Shown here: positions 23,788 through 37,727 of the stretch, in pieces | Layout of the letters: each line of letters opens with the position of its first letter | Position numbering within the stretch: position 1 is the stretch's first letter | Source of the DNA: Mobula hypostoma | Lineage: Eukaryota | Direction: 5' to 3' | Length of the DNA: 64,000 nt | NCBI RefSeq assembly: GCF_963921235.1 | Contig: NC_086109.1 | Location: 30,258,001 to 30,322,000 of the forward strand | Translations under genes and position numbers: made by a program | Notes under the pieces: model-generated | Seen by the model: the letters and a program-made list of their open reading frames with translations, nothing else | Databases searched by the model: none | What the model was told of the DNA's origin: nothing

Positions 23788-24100
23788 GGTTAGAGTAGCG
23801 TAATTCAATTATGGCACGAGCGAACCAGGTTCAATTCCACTGCTGTCTGTAAGGAACTCGTACATTCTTCCTGTGACCATGTGGGCTTCCTCCAGTTTTC
23901 CAGTTTCCTCCCACGTTCCAAGGATTTTCTGGTTAGAGTTATGAAGATGTCAGCATGCGCTGTTAGCGCTGAAAGCATGGAAACATTTGCAAGCTACCCA
24001 CAGCACATTCTCGAACTGTGTTTGTCGTTAATGCAAACGATACTTTTCACTGTGTTTTCTGATGTCTTGATGTACATGTAACAAAAGTGCTAATCTATTC
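23788..24100 (+). mobile_element. HE1-like SINE
   Basis: ggttcaattccactgctgtctgtaaggaa...gtttcctcccacgttccaagg core. Confidence 0.65.
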
Positions 24101-24535
24101 TTTCTGAGTCACTTGTTACTTCCTTAGTCAGATGGTAATTGGAGAATGATGGATATAGAGAAATAAATCATGGAAACATGTCCTTTAACTGCACCAGTCC
24201 ATGCCAGTCAAGGTAACCATCTTCACGTCCCATTTGCTGCATATGTCCCTCTAACCTTCCATATCCGAGTGCCTTTTAAATGTTGTAGACCACTGTTTCA
24301 ACCACTTCCTCTGACAGTTCATTCTATATATGGACCACCTTATGGTTGGAAAAAGTCATCACTTAGCTTCCTACTAAATCTCTATTCTTAGATTTGGCTT
24401 ATGCTATGGCTTGAAGTTGCAACTGTGTATTGTGGCTTTGAAACTATTTTGAAACCAGTTGGTTCAAAAGCTAGGCTTTACATCATAAGCAATTTACCAA
24501 AGCAACTTGCCTGTAAAATAACTTCTTTCAGCATA

Positions 24536-26052
24536 CAGTATGTCCTAAAATGTGATCAAAACTTCATGGAAGTCATAAAACTAGATAAAGAGAACCCAAT
24601 TGAATAAAGAACACAAAAACATTATACTTGTTCATTTATTTATTGAGAAAAATGATCCAATATTACATGTATTTGTTGGAAAATGTATGTGAACCTCTAG
24701 AATTATCAGTTCATTTAAAGGAGAAATTAGAGTCAGGTGTTTCAATCAATGGGATGACAATCAGATGTGAATGTGGAATGCCCTATCCTATTTAAAGAAC
24801 ATAAACCTGGGTCTTCACTATAAAAGCCTGATCTTCACCATGCAGGTTTTTGAAGTGTGCTATGCCTCGATCAAAGGAGATTTCTGAGCACCTAAGAAAA
24901 ACATTGTTGATGCTCACCAAGCTGGAAAAGGATACAAAACTATTTTGAAAGAGTTTGGGCTCCACCAATTCAGTCAGGCAAATGGTGTACAATTCAACAC
25001 CGTTGTTACTCTCCCAAGGAGTGGTCAACCAACAAAAATCACTCCAAGAACAAGGTGTGTAGTATTCCAAGAGGTCACAAAGAACCCCAGGGTAACATCT
25101 AAGGAGCTACAGACCTCTCTTGCATTGGCTAATGTCAATGTTCATGAGTCTACCATCAGGCAAACACTGAATAACAATGGTATACATGGCAGAATTGCAA
25201 GGAGAAAGCCACTACTTTCCAAGAAGAACAATGCTGCCAGATGGATAAGCCAGAAGGCTATTGGAAGAATGCTCTGTGGATGGATGAGTCCAAAATAGAA
25301 CTTTTAGGTTTAAATGTGAAGCGTTATTTTTGGTGAAAAGCGAACACTGCATTTCTGCATAAGAACTTCATTCCATCTGTGAAACTAGGTGATGGCAGTG
25401 TCATGGTTTGGGCCTGCTTTGCTTTCCTGGGACCAGGACGGCTTGCCATCATTGATGGAACTATGAATTCTGAATTGTACCAGCAAATTCTACAGGGAAA
25501 TGTCACAGTATGTATCCATGAACTGAAGCTCAAGAGCAAGTGGGTCATACAGCTAGACAACGATCCTAAACACAAGTCAGTCTGCCAAAGAATGGTTAAA
25601 GCAGAAGAAATTTCACGTTTTGAATGGTCGAGTCAAAGTCCTGACCTTAATCATATAGAAATGTTGTGGAAGGACCTGAAGCAAGCAGTTCGTGCAAGGA
25701 AGCTCACCAATATCCCAGAGATGAAGCGATTTTATAAGGAGGAATGGCCTATACTTCCTCCAAGCCGATGTGCAGGACTGATCAACAGTTACTGGAAACA
25801 TTGGGTTAAAGTTATTGCTGTACAAGGGGGTAACACCAATTACTGAAAGCAAAGGTTCACATACTTTTCCAAAAAAACATGTAATATTGGATATTTTTCT
25901 CAAATAAATGAAAAAGTGTAATGTTCTTGTGTTGTTTAATTTTATCTTTATCTAGTTTTAGGACATGTGTGAAGATCTGATCACATCTTAGGTCATATTT
26001 AGGCAGAAATAGAGAAAATTCTGAAGGGCTCACAAACTTTCTTGCACCACTG
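24536..26052 (+). mobile_element. Tc1 transposon relic; transposase pseudogene at 24862-25846
   Basis: ta|cagt...cactg|ta ends. MPRSKEISE...GKGYKTI, LPRSGxPTKITPR, VMVWACF, DNDPKH and SQSPDLNHIEMLW motifs, with frameshifts. Left TIR is internally deleted. Confidence 0.93.
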
Positions 26053-27269
26053 TAGAACGTTGTTCTTACAGCCCATCATTAATACGCTAGCACTTTCTGA
26101 GAGAAATCCAAAACAAAATGCCCACTCCAACTGGATTTCTTCCCTCTTTTTCATTATTTATCCACTCTTCCCTGAAAAGATTCAATGGTGCATGCCTCTA
26201 CAATTTCTTACAAAAGAACTATTCTGTGCCCAAGCAACTTTGTATAAAGAAATACCTTATTTTATTTTTCATAGAGCTAATGTTAAATTATTATTTGTAA
26301 TTCTGAGAAATTGGCCTTTACTCATTCTTGTTTTCAAAACACTTCAAAGATTTGAATTTTGAGTTAAATTTCCACTGAGCTAGAGGGAATATTCCCAGAA
26401 TTTTGTTTTATTTTATAAATCAAATTTCTGTTAGCTCTCTGGCCTTACAAGTTTTGCCAACAAACTTTTTCCTTTAGATTACAACAACCACAAATTCAGT
26501 ATATTTAATTAGTTATCTTTGTATTGACATTACCAAATGTAAAATTGATAATAATTTTGTGGAAACTCTCCATTGAGGTTGTAATTGTCAATCACACTGC
26601 TTTCTACTCGGCTCCAATAATGTTCGAGACACTCCACCTGACCTATCATTTGGTTCTTAATAAATTTAAGTTCTTCAGATTAGAGCTTCCATTCCAGCTT
26701 TTTTTAATGTCAGCTGTGGTAATAATTCTGCTTTTCTGACTTGCTACTTTTTTGACTCATGATTTGTTACTTAAATATTCCTTTTAATATTCCATCATGA
26801 ATTGTTATCTAATATCTTCGCCACCTTTCTTTATCTCTTATTGTTTACATTCGGTTGCACTTTCATCTCATCTCACCCTGAAATATAAGCTCTTTTCCTT
26901 TCTTCACAGATGCTACCTGACCTGCTATGTTGTCCCAGCTTCAGACCACCAGCATCTTCGCTATATTGTTTTTTTCAAGAACTGTGTACATTATCTGTTT
27001 CTGGAATTTTGTAAGACTTTCCCACAGTTACAGATATTCTGGGTGAACATCACAAAGGCTCAGCATTCATTAAATGTATCCTTGAAATACAAGTTATTAA
27101 TTTATATTAATAAGCCTCAAAGATTTTGTCTTTAATTTCCTACGAAAGAATTGAATTGAAATATATTTCTGCTTTTACTTCACTTGGCAACAGTGTTATA
27201 GTATTAGAAGCTCAGGAGAGAGTGAATTCGACAATAATATTGCAAAGTTGTGAATTTTATTATAGGCAA

Positions 27270-27730
27270 GTCATTCTCTCCCTCTTACATACATCCTCTC
27301 TTTTACACACTCTCCTTTACTCTCTTGTGCACTCTTACACATGCTTACACTCTCACTTTCTTTCTCTCTCTCCTACAGGCTATCTCCTAAATGCTCTCTC
27401 TCGCTCTCACAAGCTCCCTATCTCTCTGAATCCATCTGTCTCTCTCTGACTCTATCCCCCTCTCTCTCTGACTCTGTCCCCCTCTCTGAATCTCTCTCTC
27501 TCTCTCACTCTCTCTGTATCTCTCTTACTCTCTCTCTAAATCTCTCTCTCTCTCTCTGAATCTGTCCCTCTCTGTCTCTGAATCTCTCTCTCTATCTCTC
27601 TGAGTCTCTCTTTTTCTTTGTCTCTCTCTCTCTCCCTCTCTCTGAGTCTGCCCCCCCTCTCTGAGTCTCCCCCTCTCGCTCTGATTCTTCCCCTCTCTCT
27701 CTGAATCTCCCCCCCACGCCGAATCTCTAC
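27270..27730. repeat. Polypyrimidine (CT)n-rich low-complexity tract (resumes at 28534-28625)
   Basis: Degenerate tctctctctgaa/gtc units. Confidence 0.9.
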
Positions 27731-27739
27731 CATCCCACT

Positions 27740-28531
27740 GCCACATCTCTCGCCGAAGGCATGTGGGAGACTCTGAAGTCAGCTGGCAGACGGTGCTGTG
27801 CTCTGATGAAATCAAAATTGAGCTTTTTAGCCATCAGACTAAATGTTATGTTTGGCTGAAGCTTGTTGATGGCAGCATCACCGAGTGGGGATGCTTCACT
27901 GCAGCAGGCCCTGGAAGGCTTGTGAGGGAGGGGGTAAAATAATACAGCAAAATGCAGGGAAATCCTGGAGGAAACCTGATGGAATCTGCAAGAGAACTGC
28001 AACTTGGAACAAGATTTGTTTTCCAGCAGGACAATGAACCCAAGCAGAAAGCCAAAGGTACACAGGATTGGCTTAAAAACAACAAAGTTAATGTCCTGAA
28101 GTGGCCAAGTCAAAATCCAGACTGAAATCCAATTGAGAATTTCTGGCTGGACTTGAAAAGGTCGGTTAACTCACAATCTCTACGCAACTGACAGAGCTTA
28201 AGCATTTTTGTAAAGAAGAATGGGGAAAAATTGCAGTGTCCAGATATGCAAAGCTGATAGAGGCCTACCCACACAGACTCAAGGCTTTAATTGCTGCTGA
28301 AGGTGCATCTGCTAAATACTGACTTGAAGGGGGTGAATACTTATGCAATCAATTATTTTGTGTTCTATATTTAATTAATTTAGATCACTGTGGAGATGTT
28401 TTCACTTTGACACAAGAGTCTTTTTCCATTTATCAGTCATAAAAGCCAAATTAAATCCACTGTGATTCAGTGTTGTTAAACGATAAAACATGAAGACTTC
28501 CAAGGGGGATGAATACTTTTTATAGGCACTG
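27740..28531 (+). mobile_element. 5'-truncated Tc1 (Passport-like) remnant with the right TIR
   Basis: SDExKIELF, FQQDNEPKQ and WPSQNPDxNPIENFW motifs; ends gaatactttttataggcactg|ta. Confidence 0.88.
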
Positions 28532-29080
28532 TATCTCTCTCCCTGAAACTCTTCTCCCCTCGCCCTCCTCCTGCCTTTTTGCTCTCTCACACTCACCCTC
28601 TCTCACGCTCCCTCCCTCTCTACATCCCCCACCACACCTACAACCCTACACATACAGAACTGTTAATTTATTGCATTTACTTAAAAGTAATCTTGTCAGA
28701 GTGCTACACTACCCTATTATTCTATGAAACTAAAGGTCAAAGCAAATTGCAAGAAGCCCAGCAAAAGTCAGAACAATTTAGCAAGCACCCAACCTAGGTG
28801 GCTAAAACAATACATGACTGATCCTTCAGGTCAGGAAGATCCCCAACTTTAAGGACATCTTGTGGTTTCAAATGTAACAAAGTGGCAATTCTGTTACTCT
28901 ATGTTGTCACCTATCTAATTTGAATGTCTTCTCATTAGGCAGTACCTTGAGATCAAGAGAGTTCTGTTCTGAATGGTTTTGAGAGCTCTGAGCTAGTTAT
29001 TAAGTCCAGAGTGGAGACCAGAGACTCTTCCACAGAAGTGGCAGGAGATGCTAGCAGATGAGTAGATTATCATACGATAA

Positions 29081-29249
29081 ACAACAGGAATTCTGCAGAT
29101 GCTGGAAATTCAAGCAACACACTTCAAAGTTGCTGGTGAACGCAGCAGGCCAAGCAGCATCTGTAGGAAGAGGTGCAGTCGACGTTTCAGGCCGAGACCC
29201 TTCGTCAGGACGAAGGGTCTCGGCCTGAAACGTCGACTGCACCTCTTTC
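29081..29249. mobile_element. Penelope-like fold-back insertion with a 13-bp TSD
   Basis: TSD tatcatacgataa (29068-29080 / 29250-29262). Perfect 39-bp inverted repeat 29168-29206 / 29209-29247. Confidence 0.9.
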
Positions 29250-31425
29250 TATCATACGATAAGCTTCCTTTCACTTCATATATGGGGCTTCTGTATGTTG
29301 CCATGAGGTTCCCAGCACTATCCCTGTGCTTCATCTCTAAGGTTTAGTGGGTACATTACATTTCCTCAAGGAAGCTATCAACACATCCTTGAACGAAAAT
29401 AGTTATCAGATAAGGGCAGGGTCTAGCTGAGCAATCATGCCTTTTATTATCTACCTATCAAGGAGGCAGTATCAGTCACCCTTCCAAATTCAGCAGAAGG
29501 TTAATGGCTTGAAGAAAAGGCCAAGTTGTTGAAAGAGGAATGAATGGAAGTGGAAAATTTAAGTTTATTATGAGGAATAATTGTTGGATCAGGAGCACTG
29601 GAAAAATAAAGTGGAAAAGCACTGGAAAAATAAAATGTGCTCAAAATGTTCAGTAGTCAGACAGCCTCCAGTAAGAAAGTGTTAATGTTGCTTATCTAAG
29701 GTTACAAAAGGATGGAATAGACTGTCTCCAAGAATTAATAGGTGAAAGACATAAATTTTTTGTGTAATAAGTTGTGATTTTAATTATATGGGAAGTACAG
29801 TCTGAGAAATCCTTTATGGATTAAAGCAGTGAAACACTAGGATCATAACTGTCCTGAAGTACAACTGTTTAATTATTACAAACTTGCTTTTCTTCACGGT
29901 TGTGTGTGAGTGAATTGTGTCTTGCATTTTTACGTACTGAGGGGACGTTTGTAAATTCTAGATTCACTAAGTAGTCACTTTGTAATCTCTAAACAATATT
30001 TTGATAAAACTCTTATACATTTAAAAGCAAATCACATAAATGGTTGATATTATCATGGGTAAAATGACGAAGTCAAGTATGCAAGAATATTTTGTATTTT
30101 TGATTTTAAAGTAGTTTGTGATGCAGAATCATGCAGGTGTTCGAAATTGGAACTGGAGCAAATTATGTTGGAAATATTCAGCAGAATGTGCGGAGAGGCC
30201 AAATTTGCCATCTCTTTCTCCCTCAGATATTATGTAGACTGCTGAGAATTATGAACACTTTCTGTTTCATTTATGATGCAGCTATGTTTTTTTGACTTTG
30301 CCTGCCTTGAAATAATGCTATGTGGTGTCTGTAGATTTCATTGACATTAAGATGACTGGGGTTCATCCCTGCATTCTCTGATGTCCTCTGATACCATCCA
30401 TGTGTATAAGGAAGATGGGAAGTATTTGACCAGAATCGCTGCAATTTCTTACGTTTCTTAGCAACCTAAAATGCATTGCTTCTTTGTTCTTTAAAACAAA
30501 ACTAGAATCCATGCATGTGCACTTATTTTGGGAATTCAGCTATTTTAAGAATAGCCAATCGTTCAAATACCTTCCATTTTAAGTTTTAAGTAACCAGTGT
30601 GTTTACTGCCTCTTCTTCACACTTAATGCAGGTTGCAACATTTCTAGGCTAACTATAGCTCTTTTCTCAGTAATTTTCTCTTCTTCCTTATACTTATAAG
30701 GAAAGTAGGATTCCACAGATATTGTATCACATCTGCTTCACCTAATTGAGGAATATTCATACGAGTCTTGTAGTAGGTTGTAGTGCACTTATTAAATGTC
30801 GGCAACTTTGTCATGGTTTTCCCATATCTAATGACTGAGTGCACTATTCAGACATGAATCAATAAATAGTTGTGAGAAGCAGCAGTGCTTACTATATTTT
30901 TCTGTCCCTGCTCTGCAGTGTTACAACTAATTGCAATAACTTTGTACCACTGGAGAATAAGCTGATTTGTTGAAAATTTGAACCTTCTTGACAATGTAAA
31001 ATTAGATTATTGTGTGAATAACCCTGTTTAGCAACTAGAAATATTTGGCAGGATCATTTCAAATTAAGGCTGTATTAACAAAGTGAAGTATGGGAAAGAT
31101 ATTTCAACAAGTAATCTTATACCTGTCAGAATTCAATAGGAATAGTCTTAAACTATATTAATCAGTCTTTAAATATAAGAAACTAACCAGCAGGTCTTAA
31201 TTTTTAGCTTATTTATTTTAAGCTATTCCAAATTTACTTAAGAAGAAGCATTTATCAACCATATTGGATAATATTAGGTGTCTGCCACATGCTCATCTGA
31301 TAAATTGAGATAGTGTTTTATTATTGTGTTCACTTGGCTCCTGCAATAGATTGAAAATTTAATGATTTATACCAGTGGGCATTCTGGTCGCTAAAGTAAC
31401 TTCAGTTGATATTATTTTCTTGCAG

Positions 31426-31521
31426 TCAGAGCCAGAGGGATTTTCTCATTTCCACTTGTATGTCTGTGCTGCCTTCCTCATCAAATGGAGGAAAGAAATT
31501 TTGGAAGAAGATGACTTTCAA
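31426..31521 (+). CDS. TBC1D22B: TBC1 domain family member 22B, penultimate coding exon (96 nt, phase 0/0)
   Basis: Acceptor attattttcttgcag| and donor |gtaagt. Translates to SEPEGFSHFHLYVCAAFLIKWRKEILEEDDFQ, which I recognise as the TBC1D22 Rab-GAP C-terminal region. Joins in frame to 48616. Confidence 0.96.
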
Positions 31522-33299
31522 GTAAGTAATTAAATTTTGTTCAAGAACTGCAATATATGTAATATTGTTAAATTACCTCTTCAGTAGCCTATTTATTAAC
31601 TGTCAACAGTCTACTTAGACTATTTAGGATGCTGTAATCAAAGTTCACCTAAAACCAATATAAGCCTGCTCGGACCAATGGACATAGGAGTAATTTAAGT
31701 GGCAGACTTGACTGTGTAGTACCATTCTCAGCTTAGAATTAGACATTTGAGAATGCAGGTCCAAATTCGGGTATTTCAGAAAACTGTCCAGCCTGCTTTT
31801 CAATGCAGAATTGATGCAGCATTGCACCTTTATATGAGATGGGGCTCTGCACTTTTGATTGAAAGGGAAAAAAAAAATCTCTCAGTGCTGTTTCAAGAAG
31901 AGCAAGGAAATGTTCCTAATATTTTAAGCAAAATCTTAATATTAGTTTAAAAATTTCTCATTACCATTGCTGGGCATGAAGTTGCTTTTGTTTTCCATCT
32001 GTTACAAAACTGACCATATTTCAAAGGTACTGTAGGATGGTACAATGCTTTGAAATGCCCTGATTATGTTGAAGGATGCTATGCAAACAATTTAACTGCT
32101 TTTAATTGCACACTGCTTAGCACCTTCAGAAGAATTAGTTCCTTTTTTTTAGCTTTTGTTTTATTGCTCCCTACATTTAAGGAAAAAATTGTTATCTAGA
32201 ATACTGGCTGCATCAGATTTCACATAAGCCACACCAATGCATTGCTGCATTCATCCTGAAGTCCAATCAAAACACCTCTTCACCCATAATATTCTTATGC
32301 TTTTAATATGAAATCAACTAATAATGCTGGAATACTTTTGGTCTCAATTTTGTGAATAATAATACTAAGTTTCTTCTATAAATATTGATTTCAAAATTTC
32401 TAATAAATAGCATTGATCCATCATGATATTGCTGTTCTTGTTAAGTTTATACTTGTGTGCAGCCACTATCTCTTTGGACATATGATCACAGTCATCCAAT
32501 ATCCATTATGAATTTGTTCATTATTTTAAATACATAAAGGCATAACTTCACTTATAATTTGTTGTCAAATACTGGAATTTAAAAAAACAACCTCTATATG
32601 TTGATTAATATTCATCAACACAAGTGTCTTTTATTACCTCACGTCTATTCAAACTGAGTTACTATAAGCAAAATTATAACAATTAATCTCTACATGAATC
32701 ATACAGTAGATTTACTTTTACAAGTAGAAACACTTTAGCAAAGTTTTATAATAAATAAAAACATACATATTTACAGTTAGTTCTACCTTAAAGGTGACTT
32801 TAAACAAAAGTGCAAATATTTTTGGAAATTTCACATGAAATTTCAGTGCAATTAAAGAGCTGTGAATCTGTGACACCTCTAAAATAAAACGTATACTGCC
32901 AATTTTATCAAATAAACATGTCAATAGATATTTTCTTTTCAAAGGTTAGAGACATTGTTTTTATAATTAAAAAAGATAAAAAAGTAATAATACCTTGTTA
33001 ATACTCACAGTTGATTGCCAAAATTATTGATGTATATTCATTTCAATATGTTGTATAAAGTTATTAAATCAATAAAAAGTCTTGTATTTATACAACAGTT
33101 GTAATATAGAGAGTATTTCAACAACCCTTCCCAGAAGCCTAACCAGACAAAAGGATACAAAGGGAACCTATCCTGAACCTTTTTTTCATAGACATACATA
33201 AATAAAATAGTGAAATCTGGTTTTATGAATAGTTTGGAGAGAGGGTAAATAATAAGATTGGTCTTCACGGTATTTTAGCCATTGCTAAATTGAACTCCA

Positions 33300-34830
33300 T
33301 TGATCTAGCTAAAAGAGCTTATCCCCATTAAGGAACTCTGAATCTAGTGAAGGCTTTTAGGTCCATTCATAATCAACCATGCTACTTTCTACAGATTATG
33401 CACTCGTACACCTATTTTATACAATTACATTCTCCAGCTTATTTTGTCTACTCTCATTTTCATTTTCAAAATGTAACACTTCTTAATTCTCAGCAAGAAA
33501 CTTAATGTTCAAACTATCCACCCATTCAACTAACCTGTCTTTACCTTCAAAGTCTTTTCTCACTGTCTTTATGGTTCTCAACACCTTCAAGTTTTCTTTA
33601 TCTGCATGTTTGGAAACAATTCCCTCTATGCCATGTCCAAGTCATTAATATATATCAAGGAAAAGCAATGGCCCATGCACCGGTTAGTAGGAACCTATAT
33701 TATACACTTTCATCCTGTCCAAAAATATACTTTGTTTGCCATAACTTAGCTCGTTTTCTCTTCATGCTGCTGCAGCCCCATTGTTCTTCATGGTCTTAAA
33801 TGTTATGCTTGTTATGTGGCACTTTTACAAGCCCACATATACACTGCCCTCAGTTAACCTTACTGTTATACTTGGTGCAGTGGTCCAGGTTCCAACTATA
33901 CTTTCCAGGTGAAACTTCTCCACCATTCAGTGCTCAGAGCTAAAAGGTAAATGGATCAGGAAAGCTAGTATTTAGCTCGTAAGTATCAATGGAAACTTAA
34001 GTTTATAGAGTGGCAACAAAAGGGGTAAGATATCAATCGTTAAAGGTTTCTAGATTACAAAAGGTATCTGTCTGTGACTTGTGCTGATTCCACCTCCCGT
34101 AGAACTAGCCCCAGTGTCCCTGGAAATTGAAATTTTTTCTTCTATAGTATAACAACTCTCCAGCCACATACTTATCTTTACTGTCATGATATTTCTCTTC
34201 TCAGTTACCCATGGCACATGAGTAATCTGGAGATTACATAGCTCTTCAGAATGTGCCTGCAGAACTTTGCCTTTTTTATGATCAAGATGTGTCATTGCTG
34301 TCAGTATGGAGTATACCCATAGCTGTTCACCTTCCTCTGCAGAATTATTTGTAGCTACTCAACGATGTTTATAATCCTGGGAGAAAATGTACAATCGGGA
34401 ATCATATCTGCAACCACAGAAACACTTGTCACTTTAGAACTCCCTAACTGCGGATGCATTGATCTTTTTTCTCCCACCTTGTCTATTTGCGTTTCACTTG
34501 GTACCATAGTCTCCAAGTTTTTCGCTGCACTTTCCAGGGGCATCCTCTCCTCCAACAGTACTTGAAGCTAAATATTTGTTTTCCTGGACCACCTGTTTTT
34601 TTTTCCCTTCTGTCTAGCAGCCATTCATCCTCTCTCAGACCTGCACTTCTTGAAACAAATGTTTCATGAACATTCGACTTCACTGACAGACCACAGTAAC
34701 TCCAGCTATTGTTCAAGGTCCAAATTGCAAAGTTACACCTCACCGTTTGATGATATTCCGTGCACCAATGATTGTCCAGGACATGTGAAACATCCAGAAA
34801 GCACATGTTATACATTCTGGTAATCTGTGC
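33300..34830 (-). mobile_element. Ancient CR1 remnant including ORF1 (zinc-finger/esterase) traces
   Basis: Minus strand: IYINDLD-like motif at ~33640, GILHTDSND resembling the VHIGTND esterase motif at ~34300, and a degenerate Cys-rich ORF1 N-terminus at ~34750-34815. Confidence 0.5.
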
Positions 34831-37727
34831 TTTGACACGTCAACTAATGAGATGAACTCAATCAACTGTTACAGAATTTACCATGAATACAATTACTATT
34901 AAATTGCCTACTGCTTTATTTACCCTGAATGTTGTTTAGTTTTAATTCTCTGGCAGCTTAATTAAACCAAAAGCTTGTTTAAGCTCATGAGGGTTCTATT
35001 TCCCATACTTCTTTAACATACTGTCTCCCATGCTCTTTATTTTCCCTTACCAGGGCTGTTTTACAAACTTCTTTTAATCACTGGCACTTTGTCTCCTGCT
35101 TCCTTTTAAGCTCAATATTTTGTCATATGTTTCCTCCAAATTAAAGGCACACTGTTTTCTGTGTTCTTTTTACTTACTCAAATTTGCTTTCGTATCTACC
35201 TTTTTAATACTCACCTTTTGAACTGCTCTGACTGGTACATGATTCCATTCTCTAAGCTGATGGCTACAGACATGGACTCAAGTTACAGGTGCTTTTTACC
35301 ACTGTGATCCCATTCAGCCATGCCAGGAGACTGAGCCAGTTAAAAGATGGAAGGCACAAGTATGAAGTGAATCTGCAGTTCATAACTCAGGATGGAATGT
35401 GGAAAAAGGGTGAAAGTGCATGTAGGAAGGAGAGATCAATAAGATTATGTAATCATCTTCAGTGGTCTCTACATCATCATCAGCCATAAACTCCATAGTA
35501 ATAACCATTAACTCTCTATTAAAGTCATTGGGATTTTGCATGTTCCTTTGTCACTTGTGGTTTGTTTTGATCATGAAATGCCTTCTCCCTACTAAAGGAA
35601 GGGAACGAAGAAAGTGGCTCTGTTGCAAGGTGACTTATTGAAATTTATTCCTCTTCCCCTTCAACTCCTCTATGCAAATGATGGAGGTGAATTGAATGAA
35701 ATATTATGTAAGCCTGTAGATGGATATGTTAGGAGGGAATTAGTGGATTGAGGCACATAAGGGTATCAGACAGTATCTAAAGATACTGTGTCTCTGTCCT
35801 TGGGACTCAATTCCTGATGTTGATGTTGTTTCCTGCTTCCATCTAATTGAGTATCTACCTGAAAATCCTCAGTATTGCTGGAAATATAGAATGTTATTTT
35901 TTCATTCTGTTTACAGTACAAGCAATGATAATTGTGTCAACTATTGATTAAATTTGATAGAAAATTCTGAATCTGTTTTGTGAGAGCATTGTCACGGGGG
36001 TTTTACAAACAGGTATTGCTGTTGTATCACAACCAGTTTAACATTTTGTCATATAATTTAAAGGTAAACCCATACGCGTCAATTGAATAGTCATGCACTG
36101 TTGAATTTTCTGTCAAAAGCCACTATCCAGATAGAACACTAAATCCCAGAAGGTTATATTTAAGCAGCATACCAATAACACAAATTAGATTTTCACGATG
36201 GTTGGTTGGTAAACAGTTACATTTAGCTGAACAGTTCTTTTGTCGTGTTGTCAGAAAGAGTTAGAATACAGTAAATCAATTTTATTTAGTATTTTTTACT
36301 GTTTTAAGGATTACTGTTTTAGGATTAGGTATTTTGCACTTCAAGAACACCAGAAAGTCAACTGGCTTGATCTCAAGTTGAGCCACGACCCAATGTGTAG
36401 TTCAATGCTTGTTTTAAGACTAATTTGTTTTCTTTCATGCTTACTCCACTTAGGATTCTCCCATCTAATAGAGGCTTTTGGCAAATAGTACATTTTTGTA
36501 AAGGTTCCTGTGGCTCTACAGCCTTCCTGTGTTGCATATCAGTTGATAGTTAGTCCTGCTTTCCAACACCACACACCCCCACACCACATCTCCTCATCCA
36601 AATGCTTTCTTTTTTTTTTTCACTGGGCTCCAAATCCTGGTTGGAATTGCTCCCAGAGAGTTGATGAATGGAATTTAGATGCAACGAATTTTACACACTC
36701 TTTACAGAAGTTTGGACCCCTTCTGCAAAGTACTTTTCATCATAGTTTTGGATCATTCACAAGGTTCAAAAAAACCAAAAAGCCATTCACAAGCTGCGGG
36801 TAGGTGGAGAGAATGGGATTTAGCAGAATAAAAGCCAGTGATGGGAACTTATTTTTTTCAGTTACTTGTTTGTATTGCACTGATGACTGAGTTATTTTGG
36901 CAACCATTCCCATCCTCAAGAATAGCAATACAGTAATTCACAAATACCTTGTATATAACTGGTAGAAATAACAAGGGCACCTTGATAGCCGACTGAAAGT
37001 AAAAGTTTGACTACTTAAATGCATGCACTTAAATTAAAGGCTATTGGTCTCCCATACCTATTCTTGTTGCTGGTAACCTGGAAAGTGTTTGATAAATTTC
37101 CTGTTGCTCTGTTCAGTGCTGCAACAAGAAAGGAGCAGCCATCATCACCATCCAGGCCATGTCCTTTTCTCACCACTATGATCGGACAGAGGGCACTGAA
37201 GCCTTAATTCTCACACCACCAGGTTCAGGAACAGTTACCGCCACCACAGCTAGGATGTTGTCAGGTTTTGTAGCTTTTATTGTGGCAAGCACTCGGCTAT
37301 ATTGAATGGAGTGAATAGTTAGCTAAAGACTGGCTTCTTTGGTAAGGACTTTGAATCCACTCAGCAGTTCAGGCTGAAAATGACTACAAATTCTTCAACT
37401 TCATTTTTTTTCCCCTCTTAAGTCCTGGCTGTGCATCATTTATTTTGAACTTTGAGGTCGTAGGCTTAAACACATTGCTCACTTGTATTATAGATGTACC
37501 AAGTTCAAAGTTTTGGTAATTTGGTAGTGGATACATCTGGGAGTGTTTTGCATGTATAGAAACAAAATCTAATATATAGATCTCAGTGCTGAAGTTGTCC
37601 TCTGTATGAATTAGTACACCTTTTCATTGCACTTGCTGATACTTGCACAATGGCTTTGACGAATGATATTTTAGGGCTACTGAACTTTAATCTGTTGATT
37701 GTATGGTTGCTTAGCCATGTCTGTTTT

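Noticed and set aside
27341..27815. Ser/Leu-rich and Arg/Glu-rich ORFs
   Set aside because: Translations of the (CT)n low-complexity tract.
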